Assembly: GCA_951406725.2 (NCBI GenBank)
Contig: OX597829.1
Span: 34,906,001 to 34,970,000 of the forward strand
DNA length: 64,000 nt
Direction of reading: 5' to 3'
Source of the DNA: Octopus vulgaris
Lineage: Eukaryota
A model generated the notes under the pieces. That model was given only the letters and a program-made list of their open reading frames with translations. It was not told where the DNA came from and made no database searches. Positions 1-12,904 of this stretch are shown here, in pieces. Position numbers and translations under genes: made by a program. The stretch's first letter is position 1. Each line of letters opens with the position of its first letter.

Positions 1-199
1 TCTTTAATAGTGATAATGAATCTGGCAAAAGAAATAAAAAAAACTTCTAGCTCACATACAGCACCAACCACTGCTGTTACCCCAGTGTATGACTACACCA
101 TTACTTTCATTGACCCACAAGCACAACTCAATAATAATGCTGAATCTACAACGTCAATAATGCTGAATGTACAAGAGAGACCTTGTACAGTGAAAAGAC

Positions 200-590
200 A
201 ATATGTGCAGCACTAAGTGAGATGCACCTGACCCCAGACATATTGGTTGTGGAAGTTTATATGTACATATGGCAGGTTATGTACTACTCAGAACTGACTA
301 CAGAATACAGAAACAAGGAGAAATAGTGATCTTCATCCAAGAAGACCTGGCAACAAATGTCCTCCTCACCCACTCCAACACAGTGTATTATATGCTAATA
401 ATACATGTGATTGACCTCAATTTGATCATAGGCATTACCTACAGTCTTCCTGATGCAGCTAGCCAAGGAGATCACAAAAGATGCTTTGTTGCTCATAAGT
501 CAAACCACGAATGAGGTCAACCCACAGGCCAAAGTACTTTTAGCAGGGGACTTTAATTTTCCTAGTCTCAGCCTTGTCAGTGGGTTTGGT
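200..590 (+). mobile_element. Decayed LINE apurinic-like endonuclease fragment (CR1/L2/Jockey-like)
   Basis: ORF 269-514 GYVLLRTDYRIQKQGEIVIFIQEDL resembles the GY..RxDR..GGGV.iyv motif. A second frame gives KVLLAGDFNFP at ~531-563. Confidence 0.65.
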
Positions 591-611
591 AGATGGAAAT
601 GAAGCCCAATG

Positions 612-655
<44 letters not shown>

Positions 656-659
656 CATG

Positions 660-691
<32 letters not shown>

Positions 692-857
692 AATAAATAT
701 TTGTACATGTCAAAATTCTTTATTTATTTAATTTCTAATGAAAATAAATGGGATATACACCAATACTATATTTGCATACACATGCATGAACTAAGAATAT
801 GCAAAAGACACTAATAAATTATAGTAACTAAGGAATTTATATTCAATTATAAATATT

Positions 858-1717
858 TAGGGGTGAAAAAAGTATTCGTACAGAACATAAATAACTGATA
901 ATTCTGATTTAATACTTCGTAGCATAACCATTATTCAGTTTCACTTCAACCAATCTCTTCTTGTAGTTCTTAAGCAATGACTCGCATGTTTCTTTAGGAA
1001 TTTTTTCCCATTCTTCTTGACAAATTTTCTTCAAATCTGCAATGCATGTTTGGGCTCTTGAATGAATTTTAATTTTCAAATAACGCCACAAATTTTCAAT
1101 GGGGTTCAAGTCAGGTAACTGGCTTGGCCATTCTAATAATTTTATATTGTGATTGTCAGTCCATTTTTTGGTAGACTTCGTCATGTGCTTAGGGTTGTTA
1201 CCCTGTTGTAAAACCCACCCATCACAAAACTGGAGCTTTTCTACAGAGTCCCATAAATTATTGTTCAAAATATTTTGGTACATCTCTGCATTCATTCTAC
1301 CATCTATCACATGTAAATTGCCAGTATCATTTGCAGAGAAACACCCCCACACCATGATGTTGCCACCTCCAAACCTTATTGTAGGAATTGTGATTTTTGG
1401 CGAATAGGTGGTACCATCTTTCCTCCAAACATGCCTATGCAAATTTTGTCCAAACAATTCAATTTTCAACTCGTCTGTCCATAGAATGTTTTCCCAAAAT
1501 GTATCAGATTTATCTTTATGTTCATAAACAAATTTTAAATAGTCAACAGCAGAGTTTTTCTAGGAGAGTGTGACTTCAGTTCATTCCTATGAAGTTCATT
1601 GCTGATTGTTCGTAGTTTAACACTAGTCCCTGAAGCTAACAAATCTTCTTGCAACTCCTTTCTGGTGATCATTGCGTCTTTTTCGATTCTTCGCTTCATT
1701 TTTATATATATATGCAT
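858..1717 (-). mobile_element. Tc1-family transposon remnant (DD34E transposase, 5'-truncated, inactive)
   Basis: ORFs 1535-1717 (ITRKELQEDL...RTISNELH, HTH region) and 909-1469 (KIELFG, GGGNIMVWGCF, QQGNNPKH, PDLNPIENLW, ends GYATKY). There are 34 residues between the second D position (mutated to G) and E. TIR-like TAGGGGTGAAAAAAGTATT at 858. Confidence 0.92.
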
Positions 1718-2472
1718 GATTTATTTTGCATTGCAAAGATTTTGTATATATTTTGACGTATTTCTTAAGAAAACCTTCAACTGTTATATGTATATATTAT
1801 TTTCATGTTTAAGATTTTATTTTTATATCATTTTATTGTATTTTATAAACCCATTTAATTGCTATATTTATAGATATATGGTGTTTCATTTTGCATGTCT
1901 TTTATCTGATTTTTATTATTATACACTTAGCAATTTTTAAAAAAAAAGATTTAGATATGTTTTTATGTGGATGTCTGTATTGTAGGCATGCATATGTATT
2001 TGTATGTATGCGTTTGTGTATATGTGTAAGTAAGCGTGTATGTTTATATTCATAAACATACATACATGGATGTATATATATATGCATGTATACACTTATA
2101 TTTGTGTGGATATGTATTTACATGCATATTTCCGTATATTTATATACGTGATCTTATATGTGTATTTATATGCTAATATATACTTATGTATATATATATA
2201 TATCCTTTTCAACTGCCTATCACCTCAATACACTTGGCTAATATAGGCAGAATGACATGCTTTTATCTATAGGCTGAAACAGCCGTAAGTGATTTTAATA
2301 ATTTATATTCATGTTTTTTAATAACTGCTTGTATTCTTATCTTATATGCATAGAATAATATACGATATGTATGTATGTTATTATGGTTGTTGTTTTGATA
2401 AATAGATAAGTCAACATTTTAATATCCTACAGTTGATGAACTAACTAGTGTGCTTCTACATTTTCTTATTTG

Positions 2473-2507
<35 letters not shown>

Positions 2508-2519
2508 ATTTTATTTTAT

Positions 2520-3187
2520 GTGTACGTTTGTTTCACATATTCCATCACCTATCCCTCTTTCATTTTCTTTCCTTACGCAAAGTATCCTTTCTCTCCCTAT
2601 TCATTACTTTGATAGCATCCTTAAACAATGCGTTCCTCTTCTCCCTCCCCCCTTACTTCCTTCTTTCTTTTGCTAGCTGTTACTTTTAGGATTCTTCCTA
2701 TTATGCATCTGTGTCTTTTGATGTATATATGTATATTATAGATGGTCTAGTATGGGTATATACTGTTGTAAAATATTAATGTAATACAAAGTGAAAATTT
2801 TAATTTATTGACTTGTATTTCGTATATAATTATTTACAATATGTATTTTGAATTTACTCTTCGATTTAAAGTTTTCTTCAATTTTGCAATAGGATGAATT
2901 TATATTGGATTCATTTATTTTGTTCATTGCATGATTAAGACTGTTAATTGAAAGGACCAATGAAACAAATCCATTTTTAAAGGTGTATCCTTTAACTAAT
3001 TTTGATTATATTGTTATTTCTGTTCCATTTTAACAAAACTGTCCGATGAATGGGAATGCGAAACTCTGAGTAACAGCTTTTGTTATATTTCTGCTGCTTT
3101 TAAATAAAGCATATTACTTTACCACTGGTATTTGAGTACTCTTTTTTCCACCTTGTTTCACACACACACACACGTATACTAATACAC

Positions 3188-3228
<41 letters not shown>

Positions 3229-4200
3229 ATATTAAGAACTACTAACTTAATTTCTAAACAAATTATGGAAAATTACAAATTGGATGACAGAACTTTTTAT
3301 TCTTAAAAGACTGAGGATTATTTTAAAGGATCACAAAGAAAATTTTTATAGAAACCCTAAAGTAAGATTGATTTACCCAGATAAATTGGACCTGGGTAAA
3401 CTTAGTAAGGCTATTTGGATAAGTATATACCTGTTCTTAAAGAAAAAATTAGTTTACAACTCTGGTCTAATACCTATGAGGTAATAGATTTGTTTAATAG
3501 AATTAAATTTAAAAGTAGGAATAATTTTATGAAAATATATATTTATAGCTATTACATTTCAATTGAACAAATTGTTTTAAATAAAGCCCTTTTATTCACG
3601 AAAAATTACTCAAATATTAATATGAATGAAATTAATGTTGTTTTAGCTGCTGGAAGAACAATTATAGAGTTTGAGAACAACAATTGGACTATAATAAATA
3701 GTAGGAATGGCTTTGATATAGCCATGTGATTGGCAGATTCTGCCCAAGTTACAGATTTAGTTGGGATTTATAATCTTTTTATCTTGGGAAGGGATTTTCC
3801 AGAAATTGAAGGAGGTCTATATAGGAATGATGTCCCTTTTACCATTAGGAGCCTGTCTAATAGGAAAATGAAACTATATAAGAAGAAATTTTACAGATTT
3901 TTTAAAAAAGAGTTTTGGACTCTCTATAACAAGAATCTGTTAACTACTTGATGTTAATCTTAATAGAGGTAAATATGAGCCATACCACAATTCCAACACT
4001 AATCTTAGGTATATAACTGTTGAAAGTAATCATCCTGGTTCTGTAAAAGACTTTTTAGTTTATAATATTTCTAATTTATCATCTAATAAGGATATTCTTG
4101 GCAAAAATGTTGACTATTATAATGTGGCACTTGGTAAAGTTGGATACAAAAATTGAAATATTATCCAAAAAATATCGGTGTCAGCATCTCCAACATAGAT
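2520..4200 (+). mobile_element. Decayed Penelope-like retroelement: terminal repeat followed by RT remnants (YRDDG-type)
   Basis: Frameshifted fragments LKDHKENFYRNPKVRLI, LWSNTYEVIDLF, GFDIAM*LADSAQVTDLVG and GGLYRND match PLE RT motifs (LKDHK..NP..RLINP, FDVxMG..DGAEVCELVG, GLYRDDG). A hammerhead motif lies upstream. Confidence 0.8.
3035..3080 (+). ncRNA. Minimal type I hammerhead ribozyme (one core mutation) in PLE terminal repeat
   Basis: CTGT-CCGATGA-ATGGGAATGC-GAAAC-TCTGA-GTA-ACAG: stem I CTGT/ACAG, core CUGAUGA with a U>C change, GAAA, near-palindromic stem III ACTC-T-GAGT, GUA cleavage triplet at 3070-3072. Confidence 0.72.
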
Positions 4201-4329
4201 GTTTCCTATATTAGCAATGATTTTAAGCAAATAACCATGAATAGGAATAAGCACTTTCATGATCAGAGAGTTAAGGAAATCCTTAGTAAAAGATAATAGC
4301 AGTTTGCAGTTCCATTGTTGAAGGATCAA

Positions 4330-5040
4330 GGAATAACCTTAGTAAAAGCTAAATGAAATTATTAGTTCCTTCTTTGAAGAGAAAGTTAACACATAACACA
4401 GGAAACTTTGTAAATCTCATACCATACAAAATGAAATCCTAGAGGCATATGATCATAACACCCCAAATGAGATCAGAAAAAAAAGGTTGAAGATACATGT
4501 TTTTTGGTATTATATGTGATTGCTCAGGCATGGAACAAAAATTAACTATTGTCGTTATGTTTCTGAAAACCAAGATGTCCATGAAGATTTTTCTCATGGT
4601 TACACTTTGGAGACACTAACAAATATTATTCTGAATGTTTTATGTTGCCTAAACATTGAGCTAAGCTCAAAATTATGCTGCCTTTGCTTTGATGGTGCAT
4701 GTACCATGAGCGGAAACATTTCAGACATACAAAAGAGATTAAAATACATGTTTCCTGGTACATATTTTGTACACTGTGGAAACGACTCCCTGGAGCTTGT
4801 CCTCTAAGAAGTTGGATATACAGTTGCCATAGTTACTGATGCATTGAACTTTGTTCACCAAATCCCCATTCTTCTGAAAGCGCTATGGACCAGCCTTTGT
4901 GATGAGAACGTCATCATGTTGGAAGCCTGTGTCTGTTGCATCAAGCGAGAGACTGTTCAGCAAAATTTGCTGTTTGAAGACCTGACTCCACACCACATTG
5001 ATGCAACCCTGTCTGACACACTATGCTGTAATGCATATAT
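4330..5040 (+). mobile_element. Decayed hAT (ZMYM1-like/Tip100-like) transposase fragment
   Basis: ORF 4520-4807 CFDGACTMSGNISDIQKRL...YFVHCGNDSLELVL matches YDGAxxMSG...vHCxaHxLnLv. Confidence 0.8.
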
Positions 5041-5305
5041 ATAAAAACTTGTGCAATGAAAACACTTTGGAATCCTCTTGTAAAACTTCATTGCCAAAAC
5101 AAGCAAGAATAGAAACATTTTTGGAATGATTTGAAGTATTACTTTTCCATATATAATAATAAAAAAAAAAATTATTATACCTGTGTTTGTTTTGATATTA
5201 AGATTGAAAAAAATCGGCCTTGTTTGTAAAAACATTTTGGACCTGAGTTTACACACCCTAAGCAAATTTCGTTCCCGGGCCACTGCATGCATGTATGTAT
5301 ATATC

Positions 5306-7360
5306 AAAGATGGGCACTGTTAATTGAAAAGTTAACCGTTAATCCACTAACCAAAACTTTGAGAACTGTTAATTCTTTAAAAATGTAACGGAAGTTATTG
5401 ACAAACCATTAACATTAATTTTTACTATGGAAAAGAACAAAAAAATAGTTTTTGCTCTAAAACCACTTAAAAACACCTTTAAAAAATGCCAAAACTATAA
5501 AAATCAGCCTTTTTTGGCCCTTTAAAGGGCTTTAGAACCCAAAGACAATAGTTTTTTAAAAATTTTTTGCTTTAGAGTTAAAAAATGCTGATTTTATAGT
5601 TTTAACTTTTAAAAGACCTAAAAAAGGCTGATTTCATAGTTTTGGTCCTTTATTTTTAGGATTTTAAAGGCTTTTAGAACCAGAAAATAGTATAAAAAAT
5701 TCAAATGAAACAAATTTTAGTGTTAAACTAAAAAAGTTTATTGATAAATTGTCTGTAAAAATATTTTAAAAATGAAAAACAATATATACATAATTCAATT
5801 TTTCTTCTTCTTCTCGTTCTCCATTTTGTTCATGAGAAACATGTTGCTCTTCATGAAAATTAGCCTGTCAAAGTTTTCATCAGACAGGGATGATCTCTTG
5901 GCCCTCAAGATGTCCTTGGCCATAGAGAACAAATGCTTCACTGCATCTGAACTTGATGAACAAGTCTATCAACACTTGCTCACCCAAGAAGGCAGCATCT
6001 GTCAGCAAGTCCTTGGAGCTGGTCTCCAACTAGGTCTTGACCAAATTCTGGGCCTTGTTCTTGAGTGACTCCTGTTGCTTTCTTTTGGCTGGGTGACAGT
6101 ACTGAAGAAATCTTCCTCCTCCTCCTCATTGTTGCTCATTTCATCAGACTGCAGCTTCATGGCCTCAACCTTAACCTCTATACTTTTCCTCACCTTGGCG
6201 ACCTTGGTGTTATCATACTTATCCAGTTAGATGAGGCAAAACCTGGGGTGGAAGGATATAGCCAACTAGCATTCCTGATCCTCCAGGAAGGTCCTACACC
6301 TTTTGTTGGTGCCTGCCAAAAGTGCATTGATCAAGGAGCTGCTGTAGACAAGGCCCTTGGACTTCAAGTCCTTCAGCCTAAAGATTGTCGCAGCAACTGT
6401 TGGCAACAGAGTCCCAAGGTAGACTTGTTCCTTTGCCTGGATCTTGTTGAGTACTTTGGCCACAAGTGACATGACCTGGAAATAAAATAATGGAGAATTA
6501 GCAAATTTCAGACTCAAATTTGTAGGGAAAAAACTAGTAAAAAATATATTGTCAAATAAAATGTCAATATTAATTTTATAATTTAGTGTCTATAATATTA
6601 TTTTAGCATTATATTAATAATCAATATATATGTGTCTAGAGACTGAATGTCTTCAAGGTGTTCCAAATATTACATACTGGTTCTACAAATAGCTTGTGCA
6701 CAAGCAATTACTGCAGCCACTAAAACATATTATCTATAATATATATATTATAATAATAAAATATAATATTATTTTATTATCAATTTATTATCTTGGCATA
6801 CTCCTTCATTAAGTTGACATCCTGGTCGTTGAAGCTGTTGACCTTCAACTAGGTCATGACTCTGTGGAGAACAGACAGACATCTTAGTCTCCAGGATGGT
6901 GTTGAGGGTGACCACAGGGTGACAACCAGCCTCCTCCCCACCTCAGTGTAGATACTGTCTGCTGCCACAGTGCTGAGATCTTACTGGTTCCAGAGTGCAT
7001 GTGCCTTGGGCATGGTAGCCCTATAGGGCCTCTTGAATAATGCACTTTTTTTACTCTTTTCTGGATCTAAAAACCTTTAAAAACCTAAAAAAAAAAGGGG
7101 CCCAAACTATGAAATCAGCCTTTTTTAGGTCTTTTAAAAGTTAAAACTATAAAATCAGTATTTTAACTCTAAAGCAAATTTTAAAAAAAAACTATAGTTT
7201 TTGGGTTCTAAAGCCCTTAAAAAGGCCCCAAAAAAGTTGATTTTATAGTTTTGGCACTTTTTAAAAAGGTGTTTTTAGAGCAAAAACTGATTTTTTGTCA
7301 TTTTTTCTATAATAAAAATTAACGTTAAAGAATTAACTGATTAACAGAAGTAAATTAGTC
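5306..7360 (-). mobile_element. hAT (Ac-like) transposon remnant with spliced transposase and long inverted repeats
   Basis: Minus-strand pieces ALWNQ*DLSTVAADSI, LMKEYAK|VMSLVAKVLNKIQ and the hATC dimerisation motif SSDAVKHLFSMAKDILRAKRSSLSDENF (~5870-5955). 5409-5650 is an inverted copy of ~7100-7328. Confidence 0.85.
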
Positions 7361-7375
7361 TGATAATGATTTCCA

Positions 7376-7515
7376 AAGTCACAGGAAACAAATGTCACTG
7401 TAATAAAATCATAGGGGTTTTGTACGGATCCCATAAAATAACTGTGACTTTTTTTCCTGTGACTTTATTACCGGTTACTCTAGATTAATTATGCTGTGAC
7501 TTTTTATCCTGCCCT
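7376..7515. mobile_element. Small MITE built of AAAGTCACAG/CTGTGACTTT inverted modules
   Basis: Same internal and terminal sequence as 47243-47420 (ATCCCATAAA...TGTGACTTTATTACCGGTTAC). Confidence 0.6.
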
Positions 7516-7769
7516 TAAATTTTATTTTTTATTTATTCCCATTCATGCGAAACCACTGATTCAAGTTCAAGTCATTGATGCAATTTTATACCAATTGCTA
7601 TTTTTACTTTTGTTATGTTATGATAATCTTATACTTTAGTTTGATTTTAATTATTACTTACTACATATAATTCAATTGTTATTATTATTTTTATTGTTAA
7701 AGTGAAAGCATCTGACATAAAATAGAGAAATGTTTTTGTTTCACTTTTAACACGTAATACTGAAATAGT

Positions 7770-8990
7770 GGAGAAGATATGATATTGCTATGGGCTCGCT
7801 CTAGGTAAGAAGTTGAACATTTTTTTTGCCCATGAAACTACATGGACCCTAAGTAAGGCATGTGTAAAATTTGAATGAAATTGGTTGTGTAGTTCTCAAG
7901 TTTTAGGGAAACACACAGACAGACAGACACACACACACACACATTCTCAGTTTTATATATATATATAGATAATAGAAGTAAGGACCCAAACCCTTCAAAG
8001 GGATGTGGAAAATCCTAATTTATGATTTCAAAAGGATTATATTTTCCTCAAAGTTTTGAGAGAAAAACTTGCATCTTGTGAATCTTGTGAATTTTCCGAA
8101 GTTCTCTCCCCACCCCCTCGGAAAAGATTTTCCCCACAAATTTCTTTATAATCATAATCTATACCGTTTGAAAGGTATTTGTATAAAATTTCATTTAAAA
8201 TACCCATTTTCCTAAAAGTTATGAGGGGAAATGCCAACATGGAAAGACTTCCACCCATCTCCCACCCCACCATTTTCTCCCAAATTTGTTTATTATTATT
8301 ATTATTATCCCCCCGCCCCATTTTTGGGTACAGAAGTTCCAGAAAATTGCCAAAAACTGGCATTGTGAAAATTCCACCCCCACCAATTCTTCAATTTTGA
8401 CTTTTTTCCCCAACACTAACCCTAACCCTAAAAGCCCACCCCAATACCAACCTTAACCCTAAAACCCTAACTGTAACTACAGAAATGTTTTGAAATTTTT
8501 GTCCAAATCACAATGTCCGTATTTTTTCGCATATTTAGAAAAAAATAAAAAAAATTCTTACATAAACATTTTACAAATATTTTTTTCGTATTTTTTCACA
8601 TATTTTGAAAAAAAAAATTTTCTGAAAAAGTAGGAAATGAAGGAAAGTGGGGTGAGGGTGGTAATCTAAAAATGCCAATTTTTACCAATTTTTTGCAGAT
8701 TCGTATTCCCCAGGGGGTTTTGTGTGGAAATAAAATTTTTTTTAAAGGGTGGTTTTGGGGTGGGAGGGATGGGCAGAAGTCTTGCTGATTTGTTTTCTAC
8801 ACCTTTTTTTATATACCCTTTGCACTATTTTCTTTTTTTGATTTCGTTTCCGGGTAATAATGTCAACATCAACCAAAAATTCGACAAAATAGCCGATATC
8901 ACTAAAATTTGGCTGTAAGATACTTTAAAGAAAGTAGAAAAAGAGGAAAAAGTAGAAAAAAAGGATAACTATTGTGGAAATGTCATGATC
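7770..8990 (-). mobile_element. Two abutting non-autonomous Helitron-like elements, one carrying TAACCC repeats
   Basis: A minus-strand ATCTATATATATATAAAA 5' end at ~7969 directly follows a hairpin end homologous to 42090-42127. 7971-8260 is homologous to 41820-42127. (TAACCC)n-like run at 8417-8470. Confidence 0.55.
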
Positions 8991-9984
8991 AGAGAAAAAT
9001 GCTAAAAAATACTAAATAAAATTTTAAGCCTATTTTCCCTGCTAAATGCTAGATTCAAAAATTTTCTGCTAAATGCTGAAAAAAAATGGGTAATTTTTCA
9101 AGTTTTTAAAAACATTAGTGCTTGTGTTCTAATTTTGTATGTTAGAGGAAGCTGTGAGAAATGCTGGATGAGCTGAACCATTTAAACTTACTTCTATATG
9201 CAACATGACCATAGAATAGTCTTAGAGAGGAAAGTGATAGGTTGGAAGCAAAGTGCAGAATAATATGGTTTGTGTTTCTTCTGTGTGAAAATGCCAAGAG
9301 AACCTAGCAAACACGAATTGAATTATATGTATGCACGTTGTTTACTCTAACAAGAAAAATGCTGCAAAACTTAGTATCATGAGAAAACTGCAAACATTTA
9401 AACGGAAACATTATGCTAAACCATTGCGAGAGAACAGAGAGTAATATGTATGCATAAATAGTGTATATTCACTCAGAAGTATGAAATTATCATCTGCAGG
9501 TGCATTTGCAAAGATTGAATGTGGCATTGAGCTTGGACATGTCTGTTGTAATGATATAAAATGCGCTTGTGAATTATAAGGTTTGCAGGGCAAACATTTT
9601 TTAAAAATATAAACGAAATGAAACGTAACGATCCCATAAAACATGCGAAGAAAGAACTCTTGAAAGTCTCATCTGTGGAGTCAATGGAGTACAAAACAGC
9701 TTGATTGCAATTCGGTGTTGTGTTGCTGACTGCTAACTGGCCACAAAATTTGACTGTCTGGGCCATGTTAGCTGCTAATTCTAACAGACCAGATGTCCAT
9801 TTATGGCTACTGGCTGGTAACAAATTTTTTATTGTATATTGGCATTGAAGGTACCAAAGTGGCAGTATTTTCAGCTGTGTTTTCTGTAAAGAAGTATGTC
9901 GAAATGTGAACTGCAATTTTAGTATGTTTGTTGAGCATTTATCGCTTTGAAGTTTGTCTGAGCAGCACTTTTCAGTGCCTCAAA

Positions 9985-10567
9985 TATTAGGCCTCAGCAA
10001 GGCGACGACTAGTGACTGAGACCTTTGGAAATATGGCGACGACTAGTGACTGAGACCTTTGGAAATATGCTGTGCTTAAGAAGACCCGGCAAGCCAAGTG
10101 AGACCATAACCTGTGGCCTATGCCAGTAGTGTAATCAGCCCACTTATGTGTACCTTTCTTTCATTGGACACTAAACTCTGCATGTGAAGACCTGTTGAGG
10201 CAAGTGAAATCAACAGCTCCGCATAACTGGCATTCGTGCTAGTGGAGCAATAAGAGCATCATCTGAACGTGATCGCTGCCAGGGCCACTGACTGGCTCCC
10301 ATGCAAGTGGCATGTAAAAAAACATTCAAGTGAGGTCGTTGCCAGTGCTGCTGGACTGGCTCCTGCACAGGTGGCATGTAAAAACACCATTTGAGTGTGG
10401 CTGTTGCCAGTACCTCCTGACTGGTCCTCGTGCTGGTGGCACGTAAAGGCACCCACTACACTCTCAGAGTGGTTGGCGTTAGGAAGAGCATCCAGCTGTA
10501 GAAACTCTGCCAGATCAGTCCTCAGTCAAATCGTCCAACCCATGCCAGCATGGAAAGCAGACGTTAA

Positions 10568-10602
<35 letters not shown>
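9985..10602 (+). mobile_element. RTE LINE 3' fragment (3'UTR repeats, (GAT)n tail)
   Basis: Homologous to 11700-12322. Ends GACGTTAAATGATGATG. 34-bp tandem duplication at 10001-10069. Confidence 0.8.
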
Positions 10603-10945
10603 AATTAGCATACAAAACTATATTTATTGCACCAAATTTGAAAAGAACTGGAAGAAAATTAAGAGAATTGAAAACTGAGCAAAACAAGAAGAAATAAGTA
10701 TTAGAATGTAAAAGGAGAGCTCCTAATAATGGAAAAAGTAAAGTAGACTTTTCTTTTTTCCCTTGTTAGAAACTCACGTTTTTTTGTGTTATTTACATCT
10801 GTATCACAATGCTCCAAGCAAACTACAATGCTCTTCTAGAATGTAAAAAATGAAGCTTATTCTAACATAAGTATTGAAAAGTACCCTAAAAGGAATTATG
10901 TCAAAAATGCATCAATATTTTCTTTCTAAATTAACACACACAAAA

Positions 10946-12321
10946 CAAAACCAAAGTTTTAGTAAGTAGGAAGGCTGACAAATCACAAACCCCCTTCAGG
11001 TAGGTGGCCCTGCTTGAACTGTAGAAAAGGCATGGGTAGAAACTCCATATGATGTACCTAATGTAAGCTATGGGCACATAAAAGGTGCAGCAATATCAAA
11101 GGAAGGTTAACCGGGAAAGTAGTTTTTGTGTGTGGCAGATGCACTGGGGTAATAAACACTGAAGATGTACAGAAAACAGATTCCATGATATGCCAGGGAG
11201 AAAAACTAGAACTAGTTGATAGCTTCCGTTATCAAGGCAACCAAGTCTGTAGTGGGGGTGATTGCTCTGAGAGTGTAGTGGCTAGAATAAGAATAGCCTG
11301 GGCAAAGTTCAGGGAGCTCCTACCCCTGCTGGCAACTAAGGGCCTCTTGCTCAGAATAAAAGGCAGACTGTATAATGCATGTGTGCAAACTGCTATGCTA
11401 CACAGCAATGAAACATGGGCCATGAATGCAGAGGACATGCATAGGCTTGAAAGAAATGGAGCTAGTATGATCCACTGGATGTGTAGTGTCAGTGTGCATA
11501 CACGACAGAGTGAGCACCCTGAAAGAAGAAGCATCAAATGTGGTGTGCAATAGAGACAACTGCACTGGTATGGTCATGTGTTGTTTATGGATGAAGACAG
11601 CTGTGTGAGGAAGTGTCACACCCTAACTGTGGAAGGAACCTATGGAAGAGGTAGACCTAGGAAGACATGGGATGAGCTGGGATGAGCTGGTGAAGCATGA
11701 CCTTTAAATGTTGGGCCTCACAGAGGCACTGACAGGAGACCAAGACCTTTGGAGATATGCTGTGATTGAGAAGACCCAGCAAGCCAAGTGGGATCGCAGC
11801 CATGGCTAATGCCAGTGTTGCATTTCTGGCTCATTTAAAAGTACCCTTGATGCATTGGGCGATATGATATGCTTGAGAAGACCTGTTGAGTTAAGTAAAA
11901 CCAAAATCATAGCTGTGGCCAATGCCCTCTGACTGGCTCCCATTCCGGTGGCATGTAAAATGCTTCATCCAAACATGGCTGATGCCAGTGACCCCTGACT
12001 TGCTCCCATGCTGGTGGCACATAAAAAACACCATCCAAATGTAGTTGATGCCAGGTCCACCCAACTGGCTCCTGTGCCAATGGCACATAAAAAGAATCAT
12101 CCAAATGTGGCCAATGCCAATGCTCCCTGACTGGCTCCTGTGCCAGTGGCATGTAAAAAGCAATCACTACACTCTCGGAGTGGTTGGCATTAGGAAGGGC
12201 ATCCAGCTGTAGAAACATTGCCAGATCAGATTGGAGCCTGGCACAGCCTCCTGGCTCTCCAGACTTCAGTCAAACCATCCAACCCATGCCAGCATGAAAA
12301 ACGGACGTTAAATGATGATGA

Positions 12322-12322
<1 letters not shown>
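10946..12322 (+). mobile_element. 5'-truncated RTE-clade LINE (RT C-terminus with PHD finger, 3'UTR minisatellite, (GAT)n tail)
   Basis: ORF 11128-11553 LELVDSFRYQG...ARIRIAWAKFRELLPLL...KGRLYNACVQTAMLHSNETW, then LHWYGHV and GRGRPRKTW in the same region. Confidence 0.9.
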
Positions 12323-12377
<55 letters not shown>

Positions 12378-12904
12378 GATGTCTCCCTTCCCCCCAAAAA
12401 TGTATTCAGTTTCGCATCCGATAATACAATTTTCATTTCTTTTTAGATTTAACCCATTATAAATAATGAAAAGAGCTAAGACTATGCTTTGAACAAAGCA
12501 CATTTGCCATAAAGCACTAGTAGATGTTTGGAAAAGTAGTCCAAGTGTAAAGACAATCCAGGAGTAAATTTCAAACAAATACACCCACATGGTATACCAT
12601 CACTTGAATAAGAGATAAGTAGATGAGACTGTTCAGAATGTTCAGGTTTAGGGTTAAACAGAGACATGGGATGCAATTTTTGAATTATTTCTTTTACATT
12701 TTTTACAGAACCATAATCTGCCGTTTAAAACAGAAATCTACAGAAGCATTTCAAGAAAGCTATCATGTAGGTTATTTAGTCTCCCCTGCTTATTGTTTGT
12801 CCAGAAGCTTAACAGTAATTTAAGTAAATTACATTGTGACATTAACATCAATTCTCCATGTTTTGTGTATGTGTGTGTTATATGCACATTTATTTATATG
12901 TATA

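Noticed and set aside
8417-8470. TAACCC runs as a chromosome end or fusion site
   Set aside because: Short, degenerate and internal to repetitive elements.
9290-9960. Possible transposase N-terminus (MPREPSKHE..C) and ORF 9473-9916
   Set aside because: Too degraded; no diagnostic motif could be confirmed.
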